64,000 nucleotides of DNA from Octopus vulgaris (taxonomy: Eukaryota). Of the stretch, positions 27,111-40,452 are shown piece after piece. The notes under the pieces are model-generated. The model made no database searches. It was given only the letters and a program-made list of their open reading frames with translations, and was not told where the DNA came from. The stretch lies in contig OX597814.1 in assembly GCA_951406725.2 (NCBI GenBank), positions 92,008,001 through 92,072,000 of the forward strand. The letters run 5' to 3'. Numbering within the stretch: position 1 is the first letter of the stretch; the number at the start of each line of letters is the position of its first letter. Made by a program: the position numbers and the translations under genes.

Positions 27111-28481
27111 TCCATTTGTCCAGAAGTAAATTTGGAGACAACAAGTTTGAAATTGAGATGATTCGTAATTTCATACGGTTAGATACGACGAACAGAAGGA
27201 CCAAATCGCAAAATGGCTTGTACTGTAAAGTCCAGCGAAACTAAACATACCTAATTTAAACATACTTATTTTGCAAATATTTATGGGATTTAAAAATTAA
27301 AATATAGTTTATTGTATTGAACGTTGATAAAGTTATAAGGGCCTGATGATTGGGGTGGCATCTTGAGAGGGGTTCCTGGGAAACACGGAGTGGTTTAGGA
27401 ACCCGAGGATGTACCTCAGGAAACACGTGTTGCCAAGGAATAAAGCAGTAGGTATTTAAAATAAAAATAATAATTCTTTGTATTTGGTGAGATGTAGGGG
27501 TATACTATCTCTTGAATATATTCTTAAGTCCACAATTTCGTCAATCGCAGCAGCTTCCAAGATTCTAATTCAGTTCTCAACTTGATTTCAAACTGTTAAT
27601 AGTTTTAAAGAGAACACTTTCTGTCTTTTTGTTCCGAGTTCAAGTTCTACCTATGCTGAATTTACCTTCCTTAAGGTTTGTTTTATTAAGTATATAATAA
27701 ACTTATATTTAATATGCTGTTGAATTAGAGTAAGTTAATTCTCTTTCGGCTTTAATTAACTTTCTGCTTTCTGCTGTTTTTGCTCTTCCTATTTATTGGC
27801 TTACCTTTTCTTTTAGTTAATTATTTGATCAGGCTGGTTCATTAATGTGTTATATGATTCAGATAAATGCATCTAAATTTATTGAGGCAGGAATATAGTC
27901 ATTGTTGGCTGTGTCTCTATGGTCAGACCCGAAGGAATGTAGTAAGACTGTCTAGAAAACGATTTGGTTAAAAGTGCTTATATTCTCAATTTAATTTTTA
28001 AATTCCAGAATTAATTAAAAGCGATTTTTCAATAATCAAATTTACATTAATGGGATGTAGGTAATTTTAACTTATGTATATCTAATATGCTTTTACAATA
28101 ATTGTTGTATTGAATAATTATTGATAGATCTAGATTAGCGGCAATCAGTACTATTATCCCTAACTCAAAATCTAGGTTGCTTGAGTTGAGCCTGGTAACT
28201 GGTGGTTTTTGCGTCTTGTAGTTTGTAACTTTTGGTGAGACATGGTGCAACCAATAAGATGGTAAAATTCCCTGCCATTAATTTAGTGTGGATGAGTAAT
28301 ATCAAATAATTCAATCACAACATATATTTAAATTAAACATAAATAATATTGAAATATTACCATCACTTACATAGAAAAATTGAAATATTATCTTTCGGTA
28401 TTTCATAAGTTAAAATCTTAAATTATTAATTGACATATTATTAATTACCTTGTAACAGCAATGCATAGAAGAATCATGGAA

Positions 28482-28978
28482 TACATGGGAAAATGTGAGC
28501 ATGAAAAGTAAGATTATAAATCTGGAAAAGTACAGGAAAAGATATTACACCTGATCAAATATAGGACAAGCTATTATTTCCAGTAAAGTAAAGAATAAAC
28601 TTTTTACTTAAAATATTGTAGCTAAAATTAAAATTTTGATATTAAAAATTATCTTATAGTTTACAAATGACACTATACTCATTTAAGTAGAATTTGGCTA
28701 ATTTACTACCTTAAATACAGGAGAAACAAATTAATTAGACAAACTTACAAATTAGATGAACAGTATTGTACAATAAATTTAAAAGACGCGAACTGTAAAG
28801 TGTGATAAATTAGAAGAACTGGCATTCTTTGCTGCAATATTATAGATAAAGAGCTTCTTATTCTTTACTAGAAGTAATATCTTGCCCTAAACTTTTCCAG
28901 GTGTAATAAATTGTCCTGTACATTTCCAGGTTTATAATTTAAATATATTAATTTTTATGCTCGCAATTTTCCATGTAA
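28482..28978. repeat. Diverged long inverted repeat (about 150-bp arms)
   Basis: tacatgggaaaatgtgagcat..ctggaaaagtacagg..tattacacctg at the left matches the reverse complement of 28826-28978. Confidence 0.85.
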
Positions 28979-28989
28979 TATATATATAT

Positions 28990-29602
28990 CGAAAAAAGGC
29001 TGCTGGAGATGCAACAATTCTATGTGAGGGAGAAAGCAGACAAGGAAGCCTGGGTTATAGAAAACATTAAATCAAACCCAAAGGCCTTCTTTCCTTACGC
29101 GAAAGAAACAGTCTCAGTACACTACAAGATAGGACCCCTCCTCCAAAAGGATGGCTCCCTCACAGACAGTCCAACTAAGATCAGTGGGATACTGAATGAC
29201 CAGTTCAAAAGTGTCTTTACCACCCCGTTGGAACACAGACAAGTGAACGAACCAGTGAACCTCTTTACCGCCTCACCTATAATCAGCGAGGCAGTTACAA
29301 TAGAATATATTGACATTAGTGAAGATGTCCTACTAGCAATAGATGAAGTGGGCACAAACTCAACTGCTGGTCCTGATGGTTTCCCAGCAATCCTCCTCAA
29401 AGAGTGTAAGCATGCCCTGGCAAAGCACCTCAAGAATCTCTTCCAGAGCTTTCTTACAAATGGCAAACTGCCAAGCAAGCTGAAGGAGGGAATAATATGC
29501 CCAATATATAAAGGGGGAAGTAGAGCAGATACCAAAAACTATAGGCCTATCTCTCTGACTTCACACATCAGCAAAGTCATGGAACGGATAGTCAGAAAGA
29601 AA
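28990..29602 (+). mobile_element. CR1/L2-group LINE internal ORF2 fragment (linker + RT start)
   Basis: IKSNPKAFF.YA, LNDQFKSVFT, AGPDGFPAILLKEC and PIYKGGSR..KNYRPISLTSHISKVMERIV. Confidence 0.9.
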
Positions 29603-29929
29603 CAGAGGGAAAATGGAAAATGTCCCTTGTATTTGAAAAACTATGGAAATAAGTGTTTTAAAAAACGTTTCATTTAATTTTAACTACAATTTACTTGTTC
29701 TTCATACTTTACTCTAAGTTGAAAAAATTGCAATGACTGAAACCGGTACTAAAATGTTCTTCATGATAAAATTATTTTAGCATTTTCTACCTTGTCTCAT
29801 TTTCCTCATAAAGCTAAGTAATCTATTTCTATTTAAGATTTAAAAATTTTTAATTTTAAATATTTTAATAAGTCTTATTGTATAATTTATATTCTATATA
29901 AATACTGATTGTTATGTAATGATTTAGTC

Positions 29930-30940
29930 ATCGAAGTTATGTAATGATTTAGTTATCGAAGTTATGTATTATTAGATTTTAACTCTACATTTATTTGTAA
30001 GACTTTACTTAGCAAAAAGAGATATATAAATCGTTAATAGTAATACGATTTTTTATGTTAGGTTTCTTGTCTATACATTTATTGATAGCATAAATTTTAG
30101 TCTTTAATCACTATATTTGTTGATAGTTATTTGGTTATTATTTCTAAATATTTTATAATTATTAGCTGTGTACTTAAATCTAATATATGAATAACGATTT
30201 TTTAGTTAAATAATTTGGTAATTACATTTTTGGACTATAACTGAGTTAAGGATATTTGTGAGTTTATTATGTTTTTTTAATCTATTTTATATATTCATAA
30301 ATATCTCTAATAGTTGACTTAGTTCTATTATAGCTTATATATAGAGCTATTTTCAATTGATAATGTGTAGTAGTATTTTTCATTGATAAATATATTCGTA
30401 GTATTTATTGGATACTATATAACTACGGATTGATAATTTCATTGTATAAGTATTTAGTTGTTGAAGTTATGTATTTCATTATTTCATTATTAGTTCTTAA
30501 CTATACAGTGTTTGTAAGTTATTAATTAGCCAACGAGATATATGGATCGTTAAATAGTTATAGGGTTCTTTTAAGATAATTTATTTGTTTACAATTTGCT
30601 TTAATCTTTTAATTTTTAATAAATATATTTCATAAATAATAATGAATAATTAATTTATTTAGTTTTTTATTATACGTATATATATTTATTGATAGAGATA
30701 ATTTTAGATCTTAATTATTATATTTATATATATTTATTTATATTTTTTATAATTTAGTTATTATTCAAATATTTTATAATCATTTGATTTGAACTTAGAT
30801 TTAATAATATGAATAGTGATTATTTTTGTCTATTTTTTGTTAAATAATTAGGTAATTAGATATTGACTATAACTGAGGTTAGGTTATTCGTGAGTTTATT
30901 ATGTTTTTTTTTAAAGCCATATTATATCTGAATAGATAAA
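29930..30940 (+). repeat. Diverged direct duplication in a very AT-rich tract
   Basis: About 29930-30300 matches about 30455-30940. Shared blocks include gaagttatgtatt, gagatatat..atcgttaa and gactataactgag..gtgagtttattatgttttttt. Confidence 0.75.
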
Positions 30941-31127
30941 TACATTTTCTATCTATTCTTACCTTAAAAATTAATATTTAACATTATAATTGGATTGTAT
31001 GACATAATCATAATCGTTAAAGTTTCTAGTTTGATAATAGAATTTTTTATAAGAAAAATTATTATTTTATTTATTTCTTAAAAAATGTTGTTTAAATATA
31101 TTTGCTTATTTATTTAATTATTATCAT

Positions 31128-31225
31128 TAACCTGAAGATCGACTATAACCATAATTCGAATTGTTAATTGAATTTAAATTATTGTAATTCGAATTAAGTT
31201 ATGGGCATGAAACGTACGTAGTGGT
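31128..31225 (+). ncRNA. Hammerhead ribozyme motif with long stem II (PLE-type)
   Basis: CTGAAGA (31132), hairpin ATAAC..TAATTCGAATT / AATTCGAATTA.GTTAT, then GAAAC-GTAC-GTA. Stem I is weak. Confidence 0.6.
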
Positions 31226-31429
31226 TTTACTTTTTATCTTATATTAAACATTTTAATAATTTTTATAGTTATATATATTAAAAAAATTAAATATAAATTA
31301 ATAATTTAAATTTTAAAATTTGATATTTGATATATTTTGTATATCATATTAATTATTTTTATTTTTATGTTTTGGTTTATGTTTTCACTGTTTGATTTGC
31401 CTAATAGTGGTTTTATCTCTAACTTAACT

Positions 31430-31630
<201 letters not shown>

Positions 31631-31907
31631 GCACTACTGGTAGAAGACATCAGCCACTAAGCTGGAAACTCCACTGAACTTTGCTTAGTGAGAAGGGTAA
31701 ATGTTGGACAGCCGGCGGTATGGAAGGTATAACCGTCAAAGGAGGAGGAGCTTCTCAGTAGTAAACGACCATCCCAAATTGTGTACATATATATATATAT
31801 ATAATATTTTTATATCTTTTTATTTTTTAATTTCATATTATAAATATATATATGTATATATATATATATGTATATATATGTATATATATATATATATATG
31901 TGGGGGG

Positions 31908-31968
31908 GGAGGCATAATGGCCCAGTGGTTAGGGCAGCGGACTCGCGGTTTCCATTCCCAGACCGGGA
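31908..31968 (+). mobile_element. tRNA-SINE head fragment
   Basis: A box TGGCCCAGTGG, internally deleted body and degenerate B box. Confidence 0.6.
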
Positions 31969-32169
31969 ATCTAGCCCACACATATGCACACAGACAAAGA
32001 AAATGGAACGCAGCGTGAATAACTGACAGAGTCAAAACTATTGAAAAGATTGCAAGACGCAAAGAAAAGTTTAGAAAAATAAAAAAGAAATAAGTGGAAA
32101 TTTTATCGGTGGGTGTGTTAAATTATAAGGTACTAAAAGAGAATGACCCTCTCCACACAGAACAGTATA

Positions 32170-33520
32170 TATATATATAATAAAAGGGTAAAATTTATTA
32201 ATTAAATTAATTAAATTAATTAATCAATTAATCAATAATTTTGCCAAGTAGATCAGTACGTTAAGATAACCTTTATATGTAAAATTATCCACATAATTGT
32301 AATTAGGGTTCAGCTAATTGCTTCACCACATACCGAAATTAGAAATAGCAGTTAAAATTCCTTTTCTGCTACTATAAGAATTTCCATGACGGTAAGCATA
32401 CTTTTTTACGAAGGCAAAGAGAAAAACAATGAATCAACACGACCAGGATTTACTATATACGCGTTTTGAGATTAAAGTAATTTAAATTTTACTTACTGCT
32501 CTCTTCTTTACTTACTTCTCTGTTATATAATGTGGATGCAGCGACCTTCAACAGTATATTGTAATAGTTGGTAAAGGGAAAGAAACATATTACGTACAGG
32601 GTGATGTGATTTACGTCAGCCTATCAACCCCTCAAGAATTTGGCTCTGTTTTTACTTTTATTGACGATTAGGTAGTTTTATTGTGATGCTTTTGAGTTAA
32701 GCGAAAACCATTTGGAACCGATATTTAATGAAATGTCTGTACCCAAATTAAATCGTATTTCCTAACAGTCTTTTCTTTTTCGTTCGGTCCGCTTTCAAAA
32801 CAAAATAAATTTTTTTAATGACTGTATTTCAAGACATTTTTATGTTGGCGTAGATCGAGGAATGACTTTATTACACATTGTTTTTATAGTATCATGCTAC
32901 ACGATGCAATTACTGGTTATCGACATTTATTTACCTTTCCCTGGTTGAGGTATTATCTTCTAACGCAATGAGATGCTTTCTTATCATATAGCTAGCTGTG
33001 AAAAACTACTAGCTTTTATGTGCTTGTTTTTCAAGAAGGAAATTGTTTCTTTAGGCTCTTTCGTGCCAAACGACGGATTGAACTAGATAATATTTTCCCG
33101 CAGGTGCAGGTTTCAGTCGTTGTTTGTAGTAGTTGAAATATATTGTATTATAATTTATTTCTCTGTACTATAAAATGCAATAGCATAATGTATATCATAA
33201 TATGTTGTGCTGTCGAAATTGCTGTGTTTGGTTGTATTTTTCGTCTCCTGAAAAATTTACTTGATAGAAAGAAAACATTTCCCATCGTTTATCGTTTGCT
33301 ATAAGCAGTAGTTTCATAATATCTATTAGTTGGTTTGAATCCAAATGTATACACATGCATCTTTAGAGCATTTCAAGTCTATCGTTGAAATATGGTAAGT
33401 CTAACGTTGCAATAAGTTAGCAGGCACTGGATTACATCATTATTTACTGACTAATAGTTTTCAAGGTGACCCACATATTTTGTTACTTACAAATTTTCTT
33501 AACTGGAATAATGTTTATTA
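32170..33520 (-). mobile_element. Highly decayed Naiad-type PLE with pseudo-LTR
   Basis: Remnants TLDL, DSNQ(HP), RENII*FNPSF and LKKQFP. Degenerate hammerhead GAAGA-GAG..CTC-AAAAC-GCGT-A at about 32458-32506. Confidence 0.5.
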
Positions 33521-33634
33521 AACTTGTTAATATGATTTTAGCACGCATATATATTCGCGCACATACACACACACAACAGCGTTCATACACATACACACAC
33601 ACACGCACACACACACACATATATATATATATAT

Positions 33635-36183
33635 CACATCCATGACACCAACCATGCTCTTCGTCTTTTCAAATCTTTCTCCTTCACTCCTGGCTCCTCC
33701 AACTTCTCTTTACAATGGACAACCAGAGCCTCTACACTGTGATCCCTCACCACGTGGGGCTGCGTGCACTTAAACACTTCGTGGACCTCAGACCCAATCC
33801 CCAACCCGACACCTCCACACTCGTTCGTCTGGCCGAACTTGTCCTCTCACTCAACTGCTTCTCGTTCGCGGACGATTTCTACCAGCAGTTCTCGGGAGTG
33901 GCCATGGGAACGAGAATGGGCCCCAACTATGCGAACCTGTTCGTTGGCTATGTTGAGGCCCAAATATTCTCTAGTTTCACTAGTCCCACTCCAGAACTAT
34001 ATGGCTGTTATACTGACGACTGTATCGGTGCCACCTCACTCTTCCTCTCTTTCGTAAAATCTTTCCATCCTGCCCTCCACTTCTCCTGCACTAGCTCTGA
34101 CACCTCTGACACCTATGTCTCTTTTCTTGACATTTCGGTCAGCATTCATCACTGCACTCTTACCACCTCCATCCACTACAAACACACAGACTCACACTCA
34201 TACCTAAACTTCTCCTCCCACCCCAAACACACCAAGCTTTCCATCCCCTATTCCCAATTCCTCCGTCTACGCAGTGACGACCATGACTTTGAGACTCAGT
34301 CTCAACTCATGGCTCACAACTTCATCCTACGTGGATATCCCCTCACCGCTTTCCACACCACCCTTGCCTGAGCACGTTCCGTGGACCGTGCATCTGCTCT
34401 TTCCCCCCGCACCCACCCTGCAGTCTCCCGCCTCCCTTTTCCCCTCACCTACCACCCCAACCCTATCTCTCCAATGAACCATTCTCCGAGCTTTCCGGCA
34501 TCTCCAGTCCGACCCGTCCACTTGACACATCTTCCCTAACCGACCCCTCCCCTCCTTCAAATTAGCCCACAACCTACGAGACCTCTTGGTCCACAGCTTC
34601 TTCCCCAAACCTACCTCCCAACCTGGCTCGTTCCCCTGCTTCCGCCCACGCTGCCGCACTTGCCCTTACCTCTCCAACACCAACCTCCTCAGCGGCACCC
34701 ATCATCGACCCTATCGCATCATCGATTTTTTCACCTGCACCTCCAGCAATATCATCTATTGCATCTCCTGCTCTCTCTGCCATTCCCTGTACATCGGACA
34801 AACGGGACGCCTCTTGGTTGACCGGTTCGTGGAACACCTCCGAGACATCCGCCTTGGCAATGACACCCCAGTCTCACGCCATTTCCACTCCACCGGTCAC
34901 TCCTTGCAACACTGTGTTCGGATTGTCCTTGCACAGAGGCCATCCGGGTTCCCGTTTGCGCCGTGAACAGGGATTAATCTTCTCTCTTCGCTCTTTTACG
35001 CCATTTGGGCTCAATTCTCCTCTCCTCTTCATCTAACCTCTTCCACGACTCTTACTTCTGTTCACTCCTACATCTTTTCACCCCTACTCTCTTTCCCTCT
35101 TCTCCCTTACTCTCTTTCTCACTTCTCTCTTTCTCTCATTCTCCTTCTATCCTCTCTCCCCCTCCCTCCTCCTTCTTCCCACCCAACTCTCCTCTCTTGC
35201 CCCGACTCCTACTTCTCTTCACTGCTACTTCCCTTCACCCCTACTCTCTTTCCCTCTTCTCTCTTACTCTCTTTCATTCTTCTCTCCTACTCTCTTTCTC
35301 TTTCTCTCCGTCCCTCCCCTCTTCCCTCTTACTCTCTTCCTCTCTTCTGTCTTTCTCTCTTCTCTCCTTCACTCTTACTCTCCTTCTCTCTCCTCTCTTA
35401 TTCTCTTTCTCTCTTCTCTCCTCCTCTCCTCTCTCCTGCTATTTCACCCTCTCTTTCTCTCTTCTCTCTTACTCTCTTTTTCTCTTCTCTCCTCTTCTCT
35501 CTCCTCACATACCCGCCATCCCCTCCCCATAAACCCACCCACCCCTACACATCCCTACTCCACCTTCCCTATCCTTCCCATCCCTCCATCCTATCTCCCA
35601 TCCTATCCCCCACCCTCCGCCACATACCTCACCTCTACCCCCACCCTCTGCCTACCCACAAACCCCAACTCTACTCCAACCCCCAGCCGAACCCACATCT
35701 CACCCGTGCTTTCCCCACGCTCGCCTCCCCCACCTCCCAACAACATCACACCTCACCACACTACACCATACAACATTACACATCACATCACAACACATCA
35801 CCCACACACCCATCGCCATATCTTCATACCTACACATACATACACGTACACGTCCAGACCACCAGCCCTCTTTCACACGCACATACATACTCTCTTATAC
35901 ACGCACCTTTGTGTTGGGGTCATCTTTACCTTGTTATCTCCCCTACTTTCCTTCCTGTGTTTGACCCTTCTGTCCGGCACTAGTCGCCATGATAGATCGT
36001 TAGCCACTACATACATTTTTTCTCTCCTTGTTTCTCTCCTTGTTTTTTCTGTGTCCCTTTCTTTAGAAGAGCGTAGGCTCGAAACGTAAAATACTTTTTC
36101 TATTCCTGAACGTTATACTAATACATCTGTTTGTTTTGTACATCACCTGTCTTCACCTTTTGTTTTTTTTTGTAAACTCTCCC
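33635..36183 (+). mobile_element. Neptune-type Penelope-like element, 5'-truncated (RT + GIY-YIG + CT-rich UTR + pseudo-LTR)
   Basis: MD..SLYTVIPH, YQQ.SGVAMGTRMGPNYANLF, YTDD, FLD, SIPYSQFLRL, PC..PRCRTC, IIYCISCSLCHSLYIGQTGR and GLN. TA repeats on both sides. Contains stops and frameshifts. Confidence 0.93.
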
Positions 36184-36289
36184 TATATATATATATAATG
36201 GAAAGGAGACGAACAGCTAGACAGACAGACAGACAGCTAGAAAGAATTTTTATATACAGAAAATATTTATGATAAAATAATTTCAGTAC

Positions 36290-36470
36290 AAATTTTTGCA
36301 CAAAGCCAGCAAATTGAGGACAGGGGTAAGTCTTTTGACTCCAGTGCTCAACTGCTACTGATTTTGATGTTGAAAGGCAATGTCGTCTACGGCGGCGGAA
36401 TTTGAGCTTAGAATGTAAAGCTGGACGAAATACCACTAAGCATTTTGTCCGGCGTACCAGCTCGCCGTCT
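36290..36470 (-). mobile_element. Decayed family B SINE
   Basis: Reverse complement contains gacggcgagctgg..aaaatgcttagtggtatttcg..gcctttca..agttgagcactggagtc. Confidence 0.7.
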
Positions 36471-36705
36471 TGAAGTATATATATATTGTTATAATTGCAT
36501 CGATGATAACTTTCATATGTTCGCCTGGAATATAGCTTTCTCCGTCTGTTCATGGAGAAGATATGCAAAAGATCTCGCTTTTCATTTGTTTCCATTGAGG
36601 GGATATCGAAATTAGTTGAAAATGAAGGGGCCGGAATTAAGGAGGATAATGATACTTATAATGGACGGTGGCCAGTATATCATTTCTTTTTGATATCTGT
36701 ATGAG

Positions 36706-37209
36706 TACCGTGAATCCTCGAGTATAGTCCGCCCTTGATTATAATACGCAGGGGTTTTTAGTGGGTTGTACCTCTGAAAAACCTAAACTTTGTGTATAAT
36801 ACGCACCCCTTCTCTAACTTGAATCAAGGGGGTCTATATAACGTCCTTGGTTTGTAAAACTATATACGTTAATGTCCTTTATTATTATTGTATATGTAAC
36901 ATAATGCAAACGTGTAGCTTTTTTGTGCATTTTGTTTGCATAAAATAAAGAAATAACAGTAATAACGTTTAATGAATGTTGCTTACTGCAATTGTTTTAT
37001 GACTTCATTGCTTTCAGCCTTAGCTAAAAGTATTTTCGCGCCCGACATCACAAAATGCATCTGAATAAAAATTGCCGGACAGCAAATAGAGATTCGGACA
37101 TTGCTTGGAAAATATTTTTCATTTTTAACCTCGTATATAGTACGCACTAGGGATTTTGACCTTTAAATTTTGGGGAAAAATTGCTGATTATATTCGAGGA
37201 TTTACAGTA
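36706..37209. mobile_element. Tc1/pogo-type MITE
   Basis: TIRs TAccgtgaatcctcgagtatagtc and gattatattcgaggatttacagTA with TA TSD. Subterminal tataatacgca repeats. Confidence 0.85.
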
Positions 37210-38096
37210 GGCGTGGTTTGAGGATCAATTTACAGTCCAGAAATGAGATGAGGTATGAGCAGAGAATGTGGTCGGAGGGAATGTTTTGGGGGATATATAG
37301 GAAGTTACAAATTAGATGATCCTCGTGCCAATGTGGGTATTCTGTGCAGGTCACTGGCTTTCTATGCTTCGGTAAATTTGGTGTTTTAAGTATTGTTTAT
37401 ACTAACTCATTTTTTCAGTATATATTGTTGCATTGGTGGCTTGAAATAGTTCGGTGTTAGTTGTTTAGAAAAAGTTAAGGGGTATCCTTTGAGAGAATAT
37501 AAATCAGGTGTTGTTGAAATTAGATGATTTAGTGATGCATCTGGTTGTTTAGGCTTCGGTTTCTCTACTGTTGTCGCATAGTTTTAATGCTCTCAACGCA
37601 ACATCAGTTATTTCCTTTATTCTTAGCATTACGCCGTTAGAAGCGGCATGATGACAGGGTGCTGATACCCAATGTCATGTGTGCTCCCTATTATAAGGTA
37701 CTGGTCCTCTTTAACACATTCTATAATGCAGCCTGCCATCAAAGTAGCGCCAGCATACTTGCTAACGTCCACTTAGCTACATGGAAATGTAAAGTAAGGG
37801 AAATATCTGCCGGCGCTTTGATAGCATTACAATCACGTGACCGCAGCTGACGTAAACAGCCTAAACACATGAAAGGCATTTAGAATTTCTTTCAAAATCC
37901 CTGCTCTGTCTACGAACAACTAACGAGATGGATGTGTTCTGCACGCCCTCGAACATGCAGTAATGTGGAGCTGAGTCAACTTGATACTAAATACATGCAT
38001 CTCCAACTAAATGTGAAGTGTACGCTTTGACTGTTCTTTGTTAATTCCTTCGTACATACCTGCATACCTACATACCTATCTACCTACCTACCTACA

Positions 38097-38130
<34 letters not shown>

Positions 38131-38229
38131 CACACGTAGATAGATAGATAGATACATACATACATACATACATGCATACTTCCATACCTACATATCAAGA
38201 GTGTCGTAGACTGTCTCTACTTAAAACGA

Positions 38230-38660
38230 AACAAGGCGCCACAGGCTTAACATAAATTCAGACTGCCTTTGAATGTGGTATCATATCTCTTCGGTAACAT
38301 CTTTATCCACAAAGTGTCGAAGTGCATTCCTTGACTAAGTTTACATAATTGAAGCTGATAATATCATAAAACTTGGAGGGCAGCTCCTTCAGCAGCATTC
38401 CTTGTCGAATTTTCCTTAAATACATACCCAAAGAAGTTGCACGACTCTACCGCAACATATCATTAGATGAAAGTAGGAAAGCATATGTGTGCAGACCACC
38501 ATGCATGGATACGTTAGTAGAGAGATCCGAGAGAGTAATATTGATCCTCGTCAGAAGGTTAACTCTGAGGACAAGGGAATAAGATCCCACAGTATAGTAG
38601 AAGCCATACTGTGGACTGATGGAATGTCCCAAGGAAAACCTCAATAAAATGTACACACAA
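38230..38660 (+). mobile_element. Possible decayed RTE-like RT fragment
   Basis: Weak KAP, SIPCRIF, DES and LW motif traces. Confidence 0.3.
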
Positions 38661-39492
38661 TAGACCCGATATAATGATTTGGGATAGTGAAGAGAAGCTG
38701 TGTACCGTTTTTCTCAACGGATGTTAACATAAAACTGAAGATCAGTGAAACAGAAAATACCTACACTAAACTACCGAGAAACCTGTAGTTACTCTAAACA
38801 GGTTACAAGTTCAGATTTATACCTGTAATTATTGAGACTCTGAGATATGTAACACACTGCCTAAATGCCAATCTTGAGAGATTAGAATTCTCAAAACCAG
38901 ACAGGAGAAAGTTGAATCGAAAACTACAGATCCAAGCTATCACTGGAACTGCTAAAAATTTGTAAAACTTTCCAGAAGTTTATGATTTAAGTATATTTGA
39001 GCATGTCTAGATATGCAACTATATGCATCACTAGTCATACATAAAAGAAAACATACAAATCTACATATACATACATATATACAAAATACCCTGATGTTGT
39101 TGAAATTCCAATGCAGGAGACTTGTATCTAGTTTAGAAACCGACCCTTTCCCTATTGGCGAGAACTCTTGAAATAAAACTGAACAATGCCATACATGCAC
39201 ACAAACACACACGCACCCACACACCCACATACTCACTTACATACACACACACAAACATATATATATACACACATATTATATAAGTATAAATGTATATATA
39301 ACGAAACTACAGATCCGTGAGCTGACGTTCGCCTACATTTAGAAACATACTTTTAGCTTTGGCCTGTAAATAGACTCAGCAGAACTAGCCGGGGAGAAAC
39401 GTTTTTATGTTTCTCTTGATTCATAACGTATCTCTCTTACATTCAGTGCGAGAAAACAGCTTATATTTTTAAGTGGAACATGCCAAATATTA

Positions 39493-40452
39493 CTAGCTCT
39501 GATTTCACTTGTTTGCTTATCAGTAGGCTTCATGCAGAGTATTGCTGTATTTTTTTATGCGGGAATAAACTATAGATATATGTATATGTTTACATTTAAT
39601 ATACATATGCCTTTTGTCGCTTTCTATACGAATTCCATTGTTAAATCGTTGTCTTCTCTCGGCAGAATTAACCGCATAATACAGTGAGTATTTTTGTCTG
39701 CATTTTACCGGCTTATCTGTTTCGTTCTCTACAACGAAACTGGCTGATAGTTACGAAAAGTTTTAATCTCACTTTTTTAAATAAAAATATTATCACTGGC
39801 AACGCATTACTGAAAAAGGTGTGTGTGTCCTTGTTATATACCGATAACGTGAGGCAACAAATGTATTTTAATAGCAACACATTCCAAAAACCTAAACGTA
39901 TGAGGACAATATTACTCCAGCTTATTTCTCTTCTACTTTTGCCAGCAAAAGCCAAGAGATTTGTAACCAAATCTTTCAATGCAGGTGAATGTCACTGCCT
40001 CTGTGAAGGGGAGACATTTTATTTGTATTCACATCAAACTCGCTGGCATTTGAAGGACATTTGCGATGCATTATCTTACTTTTCCATGTATTTCACAGCA
40101 CTAAGATTCCATTTTATTTACATGGTACTTTTATCTGTTTTTCAGTCTCAGTGGTGTCTTCTATTTCATCTAGTTGCGACTTAATTTCGTTGATCCTCAA
40201 ATTCTCTGTATACTTTTTTTCTGATGCTTAGTTTTTTGTAATTTTATATTTGCAGACAAGTTGAAGTATCTAATCGTTGGTGTTCTTTCGACAGGCGCCT
40301 AACCCTATGGCTGCTCGCTTTAGTTACTGCGTCAGACGAAGTCCTCCATCCTTTCATGGAATGTACAGCCCACAGTTTCCCAGCGGGGTTCTTCCTTTCT
40401 CATTCATATGTTGTGACGGAGAAAAACAAATGAGTATTATTATAGTAGAAGA
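39493..40452 (-). mobile_element. Probable deleted Helitron
   Basis: 5' A|TCTTCTACTATAATAATAC..GTTT..CCGTCAC. Traces of Rep (LAFA..AKVEE..PHTFR) and helicase motif VI (VA.SR.G). The 3' CTAG assignment is uncertain. Confidence 0.4.

Noticed and set aside
27440-28050. Decayed PLE on the minus strand
   Set aside because: Motif traces are too weak in AT-rich sequence to support a call.
20560-29602. 9-kb inversion splitting one CR1-group element (pieces meet near MERIV.KK)
   Set aside because: The pieces overlap by about 50 diverged bases and differ in decay, so they are more likely independent copies.
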